Source: Phoronis australis
Taxonomy: Eukaryota; Animalia; Phoronida
Length of the DNA stretch: 64,000 nt
Direction of reading: 5' to 3'
NCBI GenBank assembly: GCA_002633005.1
Contig: NMRA01000160.1
Coordinates: 207,640 to 271,639, forward strand
Shown here one piece after another: positions 25,786 through 39,150 of this stretch (position 1 is its first letter; each line of letters begins with the position of its first letter). The notes under the pieces are model-generated. The model had not been told where the DNA came from and did not search any database. It was given only the letters and a program-made list of their open reading frames with translations. The translations under genes and the position numbers were made by a program.

Positions 25786-26150
25786 AACCACAAAATCATC
25801 AGCAAGAACTATTGAATCATCAGCAAGAAACAATGAATTATTAACAAGAACCACCAAACTATCAGCATGAAACACCGAATTATCAACATGAACCACTGAA
25901 ATATCAGCCAGAACCACTGAAATATCAGCAAGAACCACTGAAATATCAGCAAGAACCATCCAATTATCAGCAAGAACTATTGAAGTATCAGAAAGAACCA
26001 CCAATCATTAGGAAGAGACACTGAATTATCAGCAAGAACTACCGAATTGTCAGCAAGAGCTACCAAATTATCAGTGAGAACCACCAAATTTTCAGCAAGA
26101 GCCATCGAATTATCAGCAAGAACCACTAAATTACCAGCACGAACCACCGT
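25786..26150 (+). repeat. 21-bp minisatellite (aaccaccgaattatcagcaag-like, about 17 copies)
   Basis: Tandem units that explain the VVLADNS-repeat ORFs 25765-26180. Confidence 0.9.
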
Positions 26151-28289
26151 GCCCAAACGAAAAACATGCATGTGAACCACAAATTCCTACACATACAAAC
26201 TTCATTCCAATGAACCAACAGGTGTGAACATTAATAGAATGTTGATGTCAAGTGGTTCTTGGGGATGATTCAGTGCTTGCAAGGATGAGTTTGCAGCTCC
26301 TAGAGCTTTGTGATTTATATGAATCTTTGTGTACAGGATGTTGTGGTCTACATACGGTGATTCAATGGTTCATGTGTCCCATGCAGTGGTACAAGCAATG
26401 CTTTGAATTCTGGCTGATAATTCTTGTTTTTAATACGTTTATTGTATTCACAGTCATAATTTTCAGAAGAAAGAATATTAATATTACCCCTGCAGCCGGG
26501 GTGTAAATACACAAGCATATTTTAATAAAGTACACGCACACTTCATTCACACCGGAATTGATTATAGTCACACGTGTAATTATTAGATTGTTAGACAAAG
26601 AATCGTTTTACAGGGATGCATCTTTTTCTAAAATATTCATAATTCAAGCTGTTATATAAATTACCTTTTCTATGTTAGAATATTACAAAAATACATTTTT
26701 TCAGCCACTGCAAACAGGGAGGTCTGGAATTTAACCAAGCTCTCTATATAGGATGTTTTACTACACAAATAAGAAGATTAATCACTTTAGGCCCCCACTT
26801 TCCCTAAGATAATATCTGTCAAACTTAAGCTAATAACAAGGGACCCTGTTTTGGCTGTAAACAAGTTGCTCATAGACTTCCAAAAATTACGAATAACCTC
26901 ACACACCCAAAAAACATGGCAAAGATCCTCCGCGTCTTTTTCACATAATGTAAAAAGTGATGAGTTAACTATATATCTGTATTCTTCTTAATCCTTTCAC
27001 AAGTTCATGATCTTTTGCATTAGTAAACACTAACGGAAATTATTTGATGATTTTTATGGGTGTGCAAACTGTTACCATCTTTCATGGTCTGCAAAACAAT
27101 ACCTACAGCTTGTATTTAGCCATATAATTACAAAACTCTAAATTTTAACACTGTAAAAGAACATTTTTTTGAAAGCAAAAAGGGAGAATTTGATTCTTGC
27201 CTTTTTACCAATCTACCATTAATTAGGTCATGTGACTTTTTAGTAAGTTTTAGCAAAAAAAGAAAAGTAGCAAAACTGCAGTATCGATAACAAGAAGAAA
27301 TTTCCCTTCATGTACATGTGCAAGATGAAATCTCAAAAACACTTGTTACCTTTTTTAAGTTGTCATTTCGTTTCCTTTTATGCAACTTTTGAATTCTTAA
27401 ACATTTGGCTAAATACGTCGACTTGACAATAAGGTCTCACATAACCTTAAGGTACACAAAGAGAAAATAAAGACACTTGGTAAGCAAACAATAAAAGTTA
27501 TGGAATCCAAATTATTAAAGTATAATGAATGACAGTGGGACAAATCTGCAAATAATCTAACACTGCCAGTTCAGTGTCCACCGCAACTTGTCTCAACACA
27601 TTGCCTCTATCTACTTGCATAGCTCTCAGGATGCATTTTGATGGTCAGCGACCTGTTCGAAAAAATAGCGACCGATTTGGAAAAAGGCGTCAGCGTCATT
27701 ACCAACGTCTTTACAGCTATTAAAAAAGTAAAAAGGCGAGTAAATGCACACTTAAGATAGTGTGACTGGAAGTACATTCAGAGAACGTCAGCCTATGCCT
27801 GTTTGTGGCACATTTGTAGGCTTGTAGGCGTTCGTCCTTCCGCCCAATTTGTGTTCTTAGTTGTGGAGAAGACTGAGATAAGACGTAACAATCTTCAACA
27901 GTCTTAAACACTTACTAACAGGAGCCTAGATTATTTCACAAAAATACATGCACGCAAAGATTAAATACTTCATGAAGGACCACTGTGCCTGTGAATTATG
28001 CAAAACATTAACCATCTCAATCCCAACAAAATTCAATAAGGGGCATTTGAATCTCGCCTTCATGCTCTCCATAAGGGACCAAATCTATTTTGATGGACCA
28101 ACATAAAAGCCAAAAATTGAAATTTTCCTATTCTCAAGGCTGCTTACATCACTACAAAAGTTAACAATGTTCACTGAATGTTTACTGTACCTAACAGTAG
28201 TAAACATCACAGGAACTGGCAAGATAATGCTTGATGGAAGCACATTATTGTGGATAGGTAAGCCTAGAATGTGAAAAGCACTGTCATTT

Positions 28290-28499
28290 ATTGGGGGAGC
28301 TATAGGGGTTAGCTAGACTGACCAACATGTAGGATGGACATATATTGGGGGAGCTATAGGGGTTAGCTAGACTGACCAACATGTAGGATGGACATATATT
28401 GGGGGAGCTATAGGGGTCAGCTAGACCGACCAACATGTAGGATGGACACATATTGGGGGAGCTATAGGGGTCAGCTAGACCGACCAACAACTAGGATGG
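28290..28499 (+). repeat. 54-bp tandem repeat, about 4 near-identical copies
   Basis: Unit ttgggggagctataggggt.agctagac.gaccaacatgtaggatggaca.ata starts at 28291, 28345, 28399 and 28453. Confidence 0.92.
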
Positions 28500-30331
28500 A
28501 GTAAAGTAAGAGACTGAAGAACTATTGGGATATAATCTGCTATGGTAAAATCTCAAAATTTCTCACAATTTCCTTTTTTGCCAAAAATGATTTTCCTAGA
28601 TCTTCTAACACTGCTGCAAATGCACGCAATTTTTCAACACAATGTCTTTTGGTAGGTACAGCACAGAACTCAAACATGGAAATGTAATCTGGCAAAACAT
28701 ATCTGCAAAAAGAAAAATGGAAAACAAAATTTCACCTGTCTATCATACTGTGTCAAAAATTGGCGCTGTTAAACAGCAAATTCAGGAAGGCCATGAATCC
28801 AACTAAGCAAATAGAGATGTGACCCATTACAAGATACAAATACACATTGTTCTGAAAACCTACAAGAACAAGACCAGGAGACACACTTGTGTAAACAACC
28901 ATTCCTATATTACTGTGTTGTGATAAGGCAGCCAGATGATAAACAGGGGTTCTCTGCAACAGACAGATTGGATATGTTTAGCAACTGTTAAAAAGTCAAG
29001 GTTACTGCAACACACAACAGAATCGTGTAGTATTTCATACTCTGTCCTCAATTTATTCAATTCGTTAATGACATCAAAATGAGATGCATATTCATTCTCA
29101 CAAAATACGAAACTCAAACAGAAGTTTCAAGCAGTAGTCGGAATGCTAAATCAATAACGGCGTAACACTAAGAATATTAAGCGTGCTTCGGCACTAATAC
29201 AACGAATCAAATAAAAAACCCTTTCTACTAAAAATCATAAAATTACCGGAATTCTTGGCGAGTTATTTTTCATTGTTAACTACCTTACAATAACACGATA
29301 GTTTAGCATTGTTCAGAACTGAACAAATTTTTGGACATTCTAAGTGCAGTTTTCAACCTTTAAGATACAATCTCACTTCATCTGATCCAGATTAATCACT
29401 TAATCAACAAATACCATGGCATGCACAAAACTAAATTCTGGGCAGCTAACAAGACGATTACTGTACAAGCATACTACAAGTGATAAACAACTAAACAGAG
29501 CTAGCCTTCAATTCAGTAACTGCTGATGAATAAGCAGTTAATGTTCCTTTTGTCACAAGAAAATATACCATAAAGAAATCTTTAACAGGCATTGCCGGTT
29601 ATTTCCAATATTTTGACTGATGTAACTGACAAGTATATGACAAACAGTAATTTGAAACAAAAAAGCAGTGATAATTACACAATTGTCGATAAATAATGAC
29701 TGATTGGTCGAGCACCATTCAATCATTGCTCTGCCAGAGTAAGGTGTTGCTGTAGGGATGTTGTGGGCACAAATGGTAAACGCAAGTTATCAACAGGAAA
29801 CAAAAAACCACAACAAGGTGGTGTTAGTGTACAACCAACAATAAAAAAATGGCTTTTACAGTCTACTAGACAAGTGTGAGTAAAAACTATTTTTGGATCA
29901 AAATTTATGAAGTGGGTTAAATAAACAATCAATTTGAAAAGAAGACTGGGCCAGTTCTGGTCTAACTACTTACGTAATGTTTGTTCAAGTTTGGAATAAA
30001 AAATCAGCTAAGTTTACTGCCTTTAACATGAATGCGCATTTTCTTGCTCAATGCGATAAGAGTGATAAAAAATACATTTTTTTACAAATTGTGAATCTAG
30101 AAATTCAAGGACAGATGAGCTCCTACACTGACTCCTTTGTGACGGACAAAAAACAGATTCGCTTGTAGGCTAGCTCTACATGAACACCATATTATGTGCG
30201 TCAACAAATGGATAAAAATATGATTGCCACCATCACTGCTAATTCTTCGGAGAAGTGTATTTTAGCTTGTCAAACTTCTCAAAAAAGGAAAGATTAAGGA
30301 TTTGTGTCCGTTATGAGCCAAGTTCATTCTA

Positions 30332-30520
30332 CCGTAATCGTTCGGGTTAACGCCCATGCTCAGTTAACCGCCCACCCCCTATTTTAGGTGAATTTCGATT
30401 TAACCGCTCACTGCTCGGTTAACCGCCCCCCTGCTATTTTTGAAGATTTCCAATTAACCGCCCACTGCTCGGTTAACCGCCCATCCCCTACTTTTGCCGA
30501 TTGGTGATTACCGCCCTGTG
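30332..30520. mobile_element. CCGTA-ended element fragment with TTAACCGCCC internal repeats
   Basis: ta|ccgtaatcgttcgggttaacgccc is the same start as the copy at 34641. About 5 ttaaccgc repeats. Confidence 0.7.
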
Positions 30521-33500
30521 CTAATAGGAAACGCGAATCCCCGACCTTTTAGATTAAGATCGATGATAACATTGAGTGCAACGACGGCCTCAGAGACCGC
30601 GGTTTAGCAATGTGAATTATGATACCAGTAACAAATTATTGTAACGGGTCATCGATTAACTTCAAAATGTAATACTTGAACACTTTGTCACTTTCTTTTC
30701 TTCTCATGTTCGCAAACTNTTGGTAATTATAATATGATCACTATGAACAACAGAAAGACACAAATAGCATTTCACAACTGAAGTAATCTGTTAATTTTAA
30801 CATGCATTCATAAACTAGAAATATTTACATAGTTAATTTGAACATTTTCAATGTTTTTAATTATGATTTGAAACATTGTGTTTTCCACAGGTCCACGTTT
30901 TCAGCAGTTTGACAATTACTATGATTTAATAAATTTTTCAAAAAAAATGCTGAATTTTACATATGCAATTGCAAACCTGACCAGCGACTGGACTAGTTTC
31001 ATAAAAACATTCTTGTTCTTAACAAAAACCAGCAAATTGCAAATGAGCATTTTTATCAAGTCAACACAAAAAACATCAACAGAACAGCCTATAATTATAT
31101 TAAATCAACCCAGTCAATAGGACCGCGTCATCAAAGTAACCCATTTTTCAGCCACAGGAGGCTCTTTGCAGATAGGGCAGCCGTCTGTGAGTGTTTTCTT
31201 TTGTTTAACTAGTTAAGTAAGAACAAGCGCAGAACACTGGGAATTCCGTGACCTAAGCTCCATAAGCCAACAAAAAACTAAAAAAAGAGTGAAAAAAACG
31301 GGAAAACGTCAAACGTGTATCATACTGTGCAGACTTGGCTGGTGTTGCGGTAATTCATTGCTTATTTCTTACAAAAATAATAACCTAGAATACTGTCATT
31401 TTCAAATGTTGATTTCTTTGATGCATCATTAGAAACTTTTGTGCAAATATTATTATCTTTTCCAAATGCTGTTCCATGGCATCTGCACATTACAAAATAA
31501 GCCAACAACTGACGGAACTTCTACTATTTTTGTTGAGATATCGGACAAATAAAATGTCACTTGACCTCCATATTGCCTGTTGGCATTGGTGAGGAATAAC
31601 AGCAGCCCAGGGAACACAGACAAAGAGCTGCTTATTCTCAATCATTACTGAGCATAACAATATTGAACAAACTGAACCAGGGTGAAAGGTGTTAATCACA
31701 GGTGTGTACAAGGCACGATCAGATTGATAAGCGATATCGTAAAATCTCATTAACTAAGGACAAAAAAAATCATTGCCAATTTGTTCTATCGAAAGCTTCT
31801 AACCTTGTTGCAAGTGGTCAAAACTTGACAAAACACTGTGTTATCGTAGCCGTGGTATAGGATATAAAATTCAAAAAGAATTTAAGTGGTGCAACTCATC
31901 TATGAGGAAATAAAATTTCACTTGACCAGCAGATGGTGTCCAAAATTGAGTAAGTTTTACGGTGATTCTCAGTTCACTTCTGTTAGTGCGTTCCTTGTCA
32001 GCTCCAGCAGAAGCCAGAGGTGAAAGCCTCAACAGCTTCACAGATGAAAAGGTACAAATTTCATGGCAATACAGAACAATACAGAACCCACCATGCAGAA
32101 CAAATTTCAGGAATAATGCAACAGCATTACATCTAGCATTATTCAAATCTAATCACCTGGGTCACAGTTTCATAGCGCTCAAGCGTTCATCCAGTATAAA
32201 AACAAGTTCTGAAAGGTTCAGCCAAGGCCACCATTCTTTTTAGTTTGGCCTGTAAACAGCATTCTCCACTTGGGCACCATTGGGTGTCAATTAAGAATGC
32301 TTTGGATATAAATAGCCATCCTTGGGACTCAGATCCCAATAACACATGGAGCTATTCCTTCAGGTGGCTGCAATGATGTTTTTACGTAAACAATAGCATT
32401 TGAAGGGAGGAAAAACAAGGCGGAATACGATAGTTGGATGCCAGGGGGCATACTGACTTTGATATTCACAAGCGCTGGAAATGATCGTGTGAACAAAAAC
32501 TCCCAACCCACACACGCACGCACACGCACATGCACAAACACACACATCTGTTACACGGGTCCATGAGTGGAAAATCTCACCAATTAATCACTGCTACTCT
32601 TTTCTCATTTTTCAAGGGCTTCTAACCATGTTGTGAATGCCCATAACGTTTTCAAAATATAGTCTGGCAGTAGCTGAGGTACACAACTTGAAGAAGGGAA
32701 AGCACTACATTTGGTGCTGTGTATCTTTCATGGAAAACCAAGGAAATAAAATTTCTTCAGTTTCATAGGTAAAGCAAATAACAATTAGCAGAGGAAAATT
32801 CATCTTTTCCATCCCACATTTTGGATGCAGACCATGCATTTCCCAGTGCCAAATAAAATTTTTATTGTTCACCACATTGTGTCTCCAATTGGTGAGAGTT
32901 ACCGAATGTGTTTCTACTGTTGGAGACCAGAAAAAGATCTGTCAACAGCAGACAAGCACAGCGTGTCTTAGATTGAAATTAGAAACAAATCGACTTCGTT
33001 CCACAACGTCACCCCAAAAATCAATGCAGTATAGATTTTGCCTTTGTGATGTGATCTGTGAAATGCAATAAAAACACGCGACAACATTGACAACAAAAAG
33101 GAGGGTATCTAATGACATCATCAGCGGTATCGTCAAGTGTGCTGGTACGTTGTTTGCGACTGTTTTGCCGAGTGTTTTCGAGCCATAAGAATTGTTTACC
33201 ACAGTTGTTCATGAAATACAAGATGACTTTAGGTACAAGCAGTCAAGACAAGGTGACGGTCTAAGATTAACATGCTCTGTTCAGTCAACAATTTTAGAAT
33301 TAAATTTGAAGACTGAAACAGATTCAAACAAATACTACACGATCAATATCCGACCAATATCCCTTGTGTAACAAACATGCATTGAAAGACGATATAAAAT
33401 AGTGGCGGGTGAATAATCAAATAAAATAGAAAATATTGATGTGATAAGACGCCTAATTTTGCAAAAACAAAATTAATCAAATGCATATAAAGTTTCAGGG

Positions 33501-34020
33501 AAATGCAAGAAAATAACCCAAGACTATTTCGGTATAATGCGTTTCCCAACAAATTACTTGAGTAAGTTAATAAACTCAAGTAATGAAAGCGATTTCGTGC
33601 ATAATATGACAGTTACCGCACATGTTCCCATGTCAATACACAAAATAGTTTTTCCAAAAAAATCTTCACCTGAGTGTTTTGCATACAGGTGGATACTTCA
33701 CTAAGAACCACATGCGACCATATCCATTGCCTTAAAATGGAGTTTTTTTATCAAACCTTTGTACTTTTAAAAACGGTTAATGTTAATTTGAATGCATGTT
33801 GACATCTACCATTTTGTAAAGAACAACTCAACCTTTACTACTCTGCTATTTCAAAAAGTCGCTCATTGATTTTTGCCGAAGTTTTTCAAACATAGATAGG
33901 CAAATAATGATAAACTTTATTTAAAGAGGATAAAAATACAATAAATGTAAAACATGCTTTAGCCAAAGGCTAATATCCAGCATGGTCCTGGTTGCTGATA
34001 AAAATGCAAACTCCCAAGCA

Positions 34021-34070
34021 TGCACACACGCACACGCACACGCACACGCACACGCACACACACACACAAA
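34021..34070 (+). repeat. (CACACG)n/(CA)n microsatellite; a smaller one lies at ~32510-32546
   Basis: Directly visible; explains the HTHT ORF. Confidence 0.9.
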
Positions 34071-34640
34071 CAAACAGACCTAACTTGAGACGAGAGTATG
34101 ATAATTCTTCACTTATTCAGCACACAATATGGCCGACACGCGAGATTCTATTTTGTCAAATTTCTCCGCGAAAATAAAGATTAAAGATAATTTAGTTTTA
34201 TTACTAACATGGTTCATACTGTGCAGATGTCATAAAATGTTTGGTAAACTATCCATTACTTGTGCGTTTAGTCAGAATAATTTTCTGAATAAACGCCAAT
34301 GGACGTTTCATCGGTGGGCTTATCCATGGAAAATCCCAGGAATTAGTAGAACAATACTTTGCAAAAGGCCACAGTAAAAAGTCACCAATTTCGGAAAAAG
34401 TTGCCATTTCTTCACTTAATAAGGTCTTCCAACACTGTTGGGTAATTGCACAATTTTAAAAATTTTTATCTGATGACAACTACGCTACAGAACTTGGTAA
34501 GGCAATAATTTGATGATTCTGACATTTTATGAAAAAATGCAAAAACAAAATTTCACTTGTCTGCCACATTGTGAATTTAAATGTTGATAACATTTTGTTC
34601 TGGCCAATCACGTGCGATCACAATGGGCGAAGAGAACCTA

Positions 34641-35231
34641 CCGTAATCGTTCGGGTTAACGCCCTGGGCGGTTAAATTGGCAAACCCAAAAAATCGGGGG
34701 TGGGCGGTTAACCAGACACGGGCGCTTAAAAGTGAAATTTCAAGAAATCTAGGGTGGGCGGTTAACCGAACATGGGCGCTTATTACGACAGGCAACCGCC
34801 CTGGGCGGTTAATCTTACCTCGTGACCTAAGTCCCCACAACACACACGCACTCGGAACGCGTAGCACTTTTCAAAGACCGTTATCGTCACGTCGCCACAT
34901 GACGGGGAAAATGTCATAACAACGGATGATCCCAACAAAGGTTCTCTTGCCCTCAGATTAGTTATTCACTCTATTAAATTTACAGAATTGCTGAGTAATA
35001 GCCCCGTGCCGTCCTGCGGTCTTGTTACTTTGCCCTGCGCAGCGCAGACGACCAGAGACNGGGACAGACAGGCAGGCCAGCGGGCGGGCGGGCGGGCGGG
35101 CGGGCAGTCACACTGGGTTCACATGAGTGTCTAAAACGTTAGTCAAAATTGTAGCCAAATTGTAGCATTAGTGTTTGAGCCAGACAGATGTGCTGTCCCC
35201 GAGAAGGGGGACATTTTGCCAGCAGTTACGA
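34641..35231. mobile_element. CCGTA-ended element with GGGCGGTTAA repeats and an internal (GCGG)n microsatellite; right end uncertain
   Basis: Same terminus as 30332 and related to the 24295 MITE. Candidate degenerate right end ttacga|ta near 35231. Confidence 0.55.
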
Positions 35232-35652
35232 TATGTTTCTTTACCATGGGATTCACTTTTAAGCAAAAATTGATGCCAGAACACTCACTCTATACTTTTA
35301 ATTGATAACCGAGACAATGCCTGTGCATATGTGCTCTTTGAATTAAGTTTTGTGGCTACAAAAGTGCTAGCGAAGACACTGTCAAATTTTAGGTAACTCG
35401 AACCACCAGCAAAGCCTTAGCAAGAGACACTAACTTACTGAAAATGCTAGTAAAAATACTAATACTAGCATTTTAGCCAATTTGTGAATGGGTAGGTCTA
35501 GCAGCAGTTGGGCAATTATGGGTTTGTGTGGTATAATCTCATTAATTTAGGGCACAACATGGCCCACAATGCATATTAAACCTTCACCTTTCCTCACAAA
35601 AACATAAATAGTGCTAGATTAATATTACAACATGTTCAATTCACGCACCAAA

Positions 35653-36161
35653 AGACCCTTTCATACTGACTTAACACCAGTCTAAGCGGAGCGTCGACGT
35701 AAACTGCGAAGTTAACTGAACCAATCATACCGGCTTCGGTAGTAAACAGACATCGAAGTAAACGGTAGGTGACGCTGTTGTCATTAAAGTAATCTCAAGA
35801 TAGAATTGATGCAAATGTACATGCTAAGATTTTTTTAATGTGACAATTTGGGAATACATACATTTGCTAATTGACATAAAACTTACTTCTAATTTGGTAA
35901 GTGATTATTCGAGCAAAATATAAGCAACTATTAGCGATGACACAGCGGTTTAATTGCTGACGATAACAGTGGCCCCTGGCGATAACTTCGATGGGACTGA
36001 AGTTGACCACTCATTCTGTGCCGCAGCATCGAGGTTCCGCTGTTAAATCCACCTATTTACTGCGAAGTTAACTGGCGCTGCTAACTTCGATCCAGGACTA
36101 AAGTTAACCATTCATAAACTCCCCAAAACATCAACGCATTGACGCTAGTATGAAAGGGTCC
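35653..36161 (+). mobile_element. ~500-bp MITE family (GGCCCTTTCATACT TIR, PIF/Harbinger-like), copy 1
   Basis: gaccctttcatact…agtatgaaagggtc. Internal sequence (cagtggcccctggcgataacttc…) shared with the other three copies. Confidence 0.85.
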
Positions 36162-38291
36162 AAGGTTGCAATGAGACAATACTAATTAAATTGCGGGCAC
36201 TCATAACAATAGTAGTAAACCTTGAAGAATGAAGAAAAGGCAGTTTTGGCAACTATATTTTGTCCAAAATAAGTGATATCTAATTGAAAATTAAACGAGA
36301 GTGATCATATCCCACACACTGTACCTTTAGTCAGTAAATTTATTTAAATCCACTGGGAGTTGTATGACATCCCGTGTTTATCCCCAAGACAGGTAGCTTC
36401 AGGTTGAGTAATTAATGTTTGCTAGCTGACATTAATTTACAGTCATGGAGTATAAGTTAAAAGGCCAACGGCCATCTTACTTCGTTAATAAGAATGATGA
36501 AATAATGTTGAGGTTATCTGGTTGACCTTATCGACAAGGCTATTATCTAGCAAAACATCTACGAATGTATAAATTTTAACTCTGAAAGTAGAAAACCTGC
36601 AAAATTTTGACTTTAAACCAATCTGCCATTAATTGCGTCACGTGACTGTTCAAGCAAAGCGCCAACATTTATACCACATAAATGAATTGTTTTTGCAAAT
36701 TAAAATTCAAGACACAATGCTCTTAACTTGGACAAGCCTCACCGCCTTTCAGAACACCTGTCTTTGTGCCTGGCTGCATGAAACAGTCCCAAATAGGAAC
36801 TCAAAAAAGTTCTATAAACGATAAATCATTTTTTACTAATCAATTTTCATGTTTTTCTATATTTTTATCATTATTGCAAGCCCTACTTTGGCTAATGACA
36901 TTTTCTAATAATATAACTAAAAACTGACCCCTTAGTTCAATGACAATTAATAGGGACTTAGTCCTTAAATAAGGGGGATTACGTGAAACGATCCCAACTT
37001 ATTTTCAATAATATAGAGAATTCAATGTAGAGTTAGCGCTTCATATGTGTCGAAGTAAAAGAGATTCGACTTAGTAACAAAAATAAAACAGTGTACAAGA
37101 ACGGACATCCAGAGTATTCACAACAAATCCAAAAATACAGCGAAAAGGTAAGGAACATAACGGAGTTCCTATGTTTCATGCAACCAGCCATTGTAGCCTG
37201 AAACACCCAAACTTAGCCTGGCCTTCATCTTTTACCATTGCATTGGTAACAAATACATAAAACATACACACAAGGGTTAACCTTTCCGTGTGCAAAGCAA
37301 AACAAATGTATTTCTCATTTCAAATGTCAGGTATTCTATTAGAAAACAAGAAGAATCAGATTCACATTCCATTGTCGTTTATTTATATTATTTTGACGAG
37401 AATTTTGATGGAAGCGATCAAACAAAACGTCATCAACTTTCTCCTTTTGACGTGGACAAGAAGGCGTGAAGTATGAACAAGGATATTGACAACATATGTA
37501 CAACTCCTCCCAATTGTAACCAGCGAAAACGTCAACATGGCTACCTGAAACATAGCTAGTTATAACCAACAGAAGTAATGAATTGGGTAAACAACTGACA
37601 TAATTTGAGCAGAAAATTGGGGGTAATACCATAAAATTTCATCAATCTCCTAGTGAAAATTCATTTTTTCATGTTTTCCATTAAAAATGTAACAAATATT
37701 ATAAAGAACTTGAAATGAATGTCGCTTTGCCCCTTCATAAAGTGTTCTAAACTGAAAAATTATTACAATGTGGTGGCTCATCTGATGTTTCCGAGAAAAT
37801 GTTAGAACGCGCGAACCTGATAAAATGCATACTATAAAATCTCAGCAATTTTGGACAGACACAATTGTCAAAATTAACATTTCCATTATTCAAAGACTTT
37901 AACATTGCTATGAATGTCAACGGTTTATCAAAACACTATCTGACAGCATAGAACTTACATGATCATAGCTTTATTTGGAGCTAATTACCTTTTGTGAAAC
38001 AAAAGAAAAAATGGAATTCAACTTCTCTGCAACGTTATGTCCTATATTGGTAAGAATGTACACAGATGAACACATCTACATTCCACTTGCTTTAATTCAC
38101 TAATTATTGTGAAAAATCCCCAGTTTGGGACACCGAAATTAAGTAAGCCAAAATTTCTCAAATTCCAAAGATTGGGAAAAGAGCAATTTAGGCATTTATC
38201 ATATTTTCTTGACTTTCCAGGAAGGCTAATGAAAAATAAAAAGGAACTTGCCTAAACACACTCAATATATTGTAATGACTCTCCGAGATAA

Positions 38292-38366
38292 ACCTCACTG
38301 TGGAATCGAACCTACTATCCCGTGGTCGCAGTCTAGCACCATGCTGGCGCAGCTAAAACCAACTAG
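38292..38366 (-). mobile_element. Degenerate tRNA-derived SINE head
   Basis: The minus strand has B-box GGTTCGATTCC after a tRNA-like arm, with a degenerate A box. It does not fold as an intact tRNA by eye. Confidence 0.45.
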
Positions 38367-38629
38367 AAAAATGGCTGAGTATTTTAAGTGTATTTAAGCA
38401 GACACTGGCCCTGATTTCAGCAAGTGTCTGGCAGACAACAAGCATTGCTGATTTGTACTGGTTACCATGGCAACAACAGTGCACAGTCCCTAAATTAGGT
38501 AAGAGCACTGTCTATTGAGACAAAAATCAGGCTGATGCTGACCTGTGATATGCAGATACTAGAGGTAAACACAATCTACAACAATGAAATCTTTTAGCAC
38601 GATTTACAGAACTGAAGACAACCTGTTTC

Positions 38630-39150
38630 AGCCCTTTCATAGTACCTGGTAACTTAACTCCGGTATGAGCGAAGCGTCAACGTAAGTTAACTGATTTGTT
38701 CATACCAGCTTCTCAGTAGTTAACGGCATCAAAGTAAACAGTATGTGACGTCATCATCGACGCAATCGCAAGGTAGCACTGATGCATCTCGTGCCCATTA
38801 AGATTTTTTAAACGTGACAAACTGAGAACATTTGTGTGTACTAATTGATATAAAACTTAGTTCTAATTCGATTGGTGATTATTCGAGCTAATTATAAGCA
38901 ACTATAAGTGACGACACTGCTTTTTAATTGTTGACCATAGCAGTGGCCCCTGGCGATAACTTCAATGAGACTGAAGTTGACCATTCATACCGCAGGGAAG
39001 TGTCGACGCTCCGCTGTTAAATCCATTTGTTTACTGCGAAGTTTACTGGCGCTGTTACTTCGATCCCGACCAAAGTTAACTGTTCAGACTAACCGCAAGT
39101 TCTCAACTCGCCAAAACATTGATGCCTCGACGTTAGTGCGAAAGGGGGCC
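38630..39150 (+). mobile_element. Harbinger-like MITE copy 2 (same orientation as copy 1)
   Basis: gccctttcata…agtgcgaaagggggcc, colinear with 35653-36161. Confidence 0.83.

Noticed and set aside
25765-26180. VVLADNS-repeat ORFs resembling a repetitive protein
   Set aside because: Translation of a 21-bp minisatellite, broken by frameshifts, with no splice support.
28290-28499. Regular repeats that could be mistaken for a CRISPR array
   Set aside because: Head-to-tail 54-bp units with no unique spacers, in a eukaryotic intron with no cas genes.
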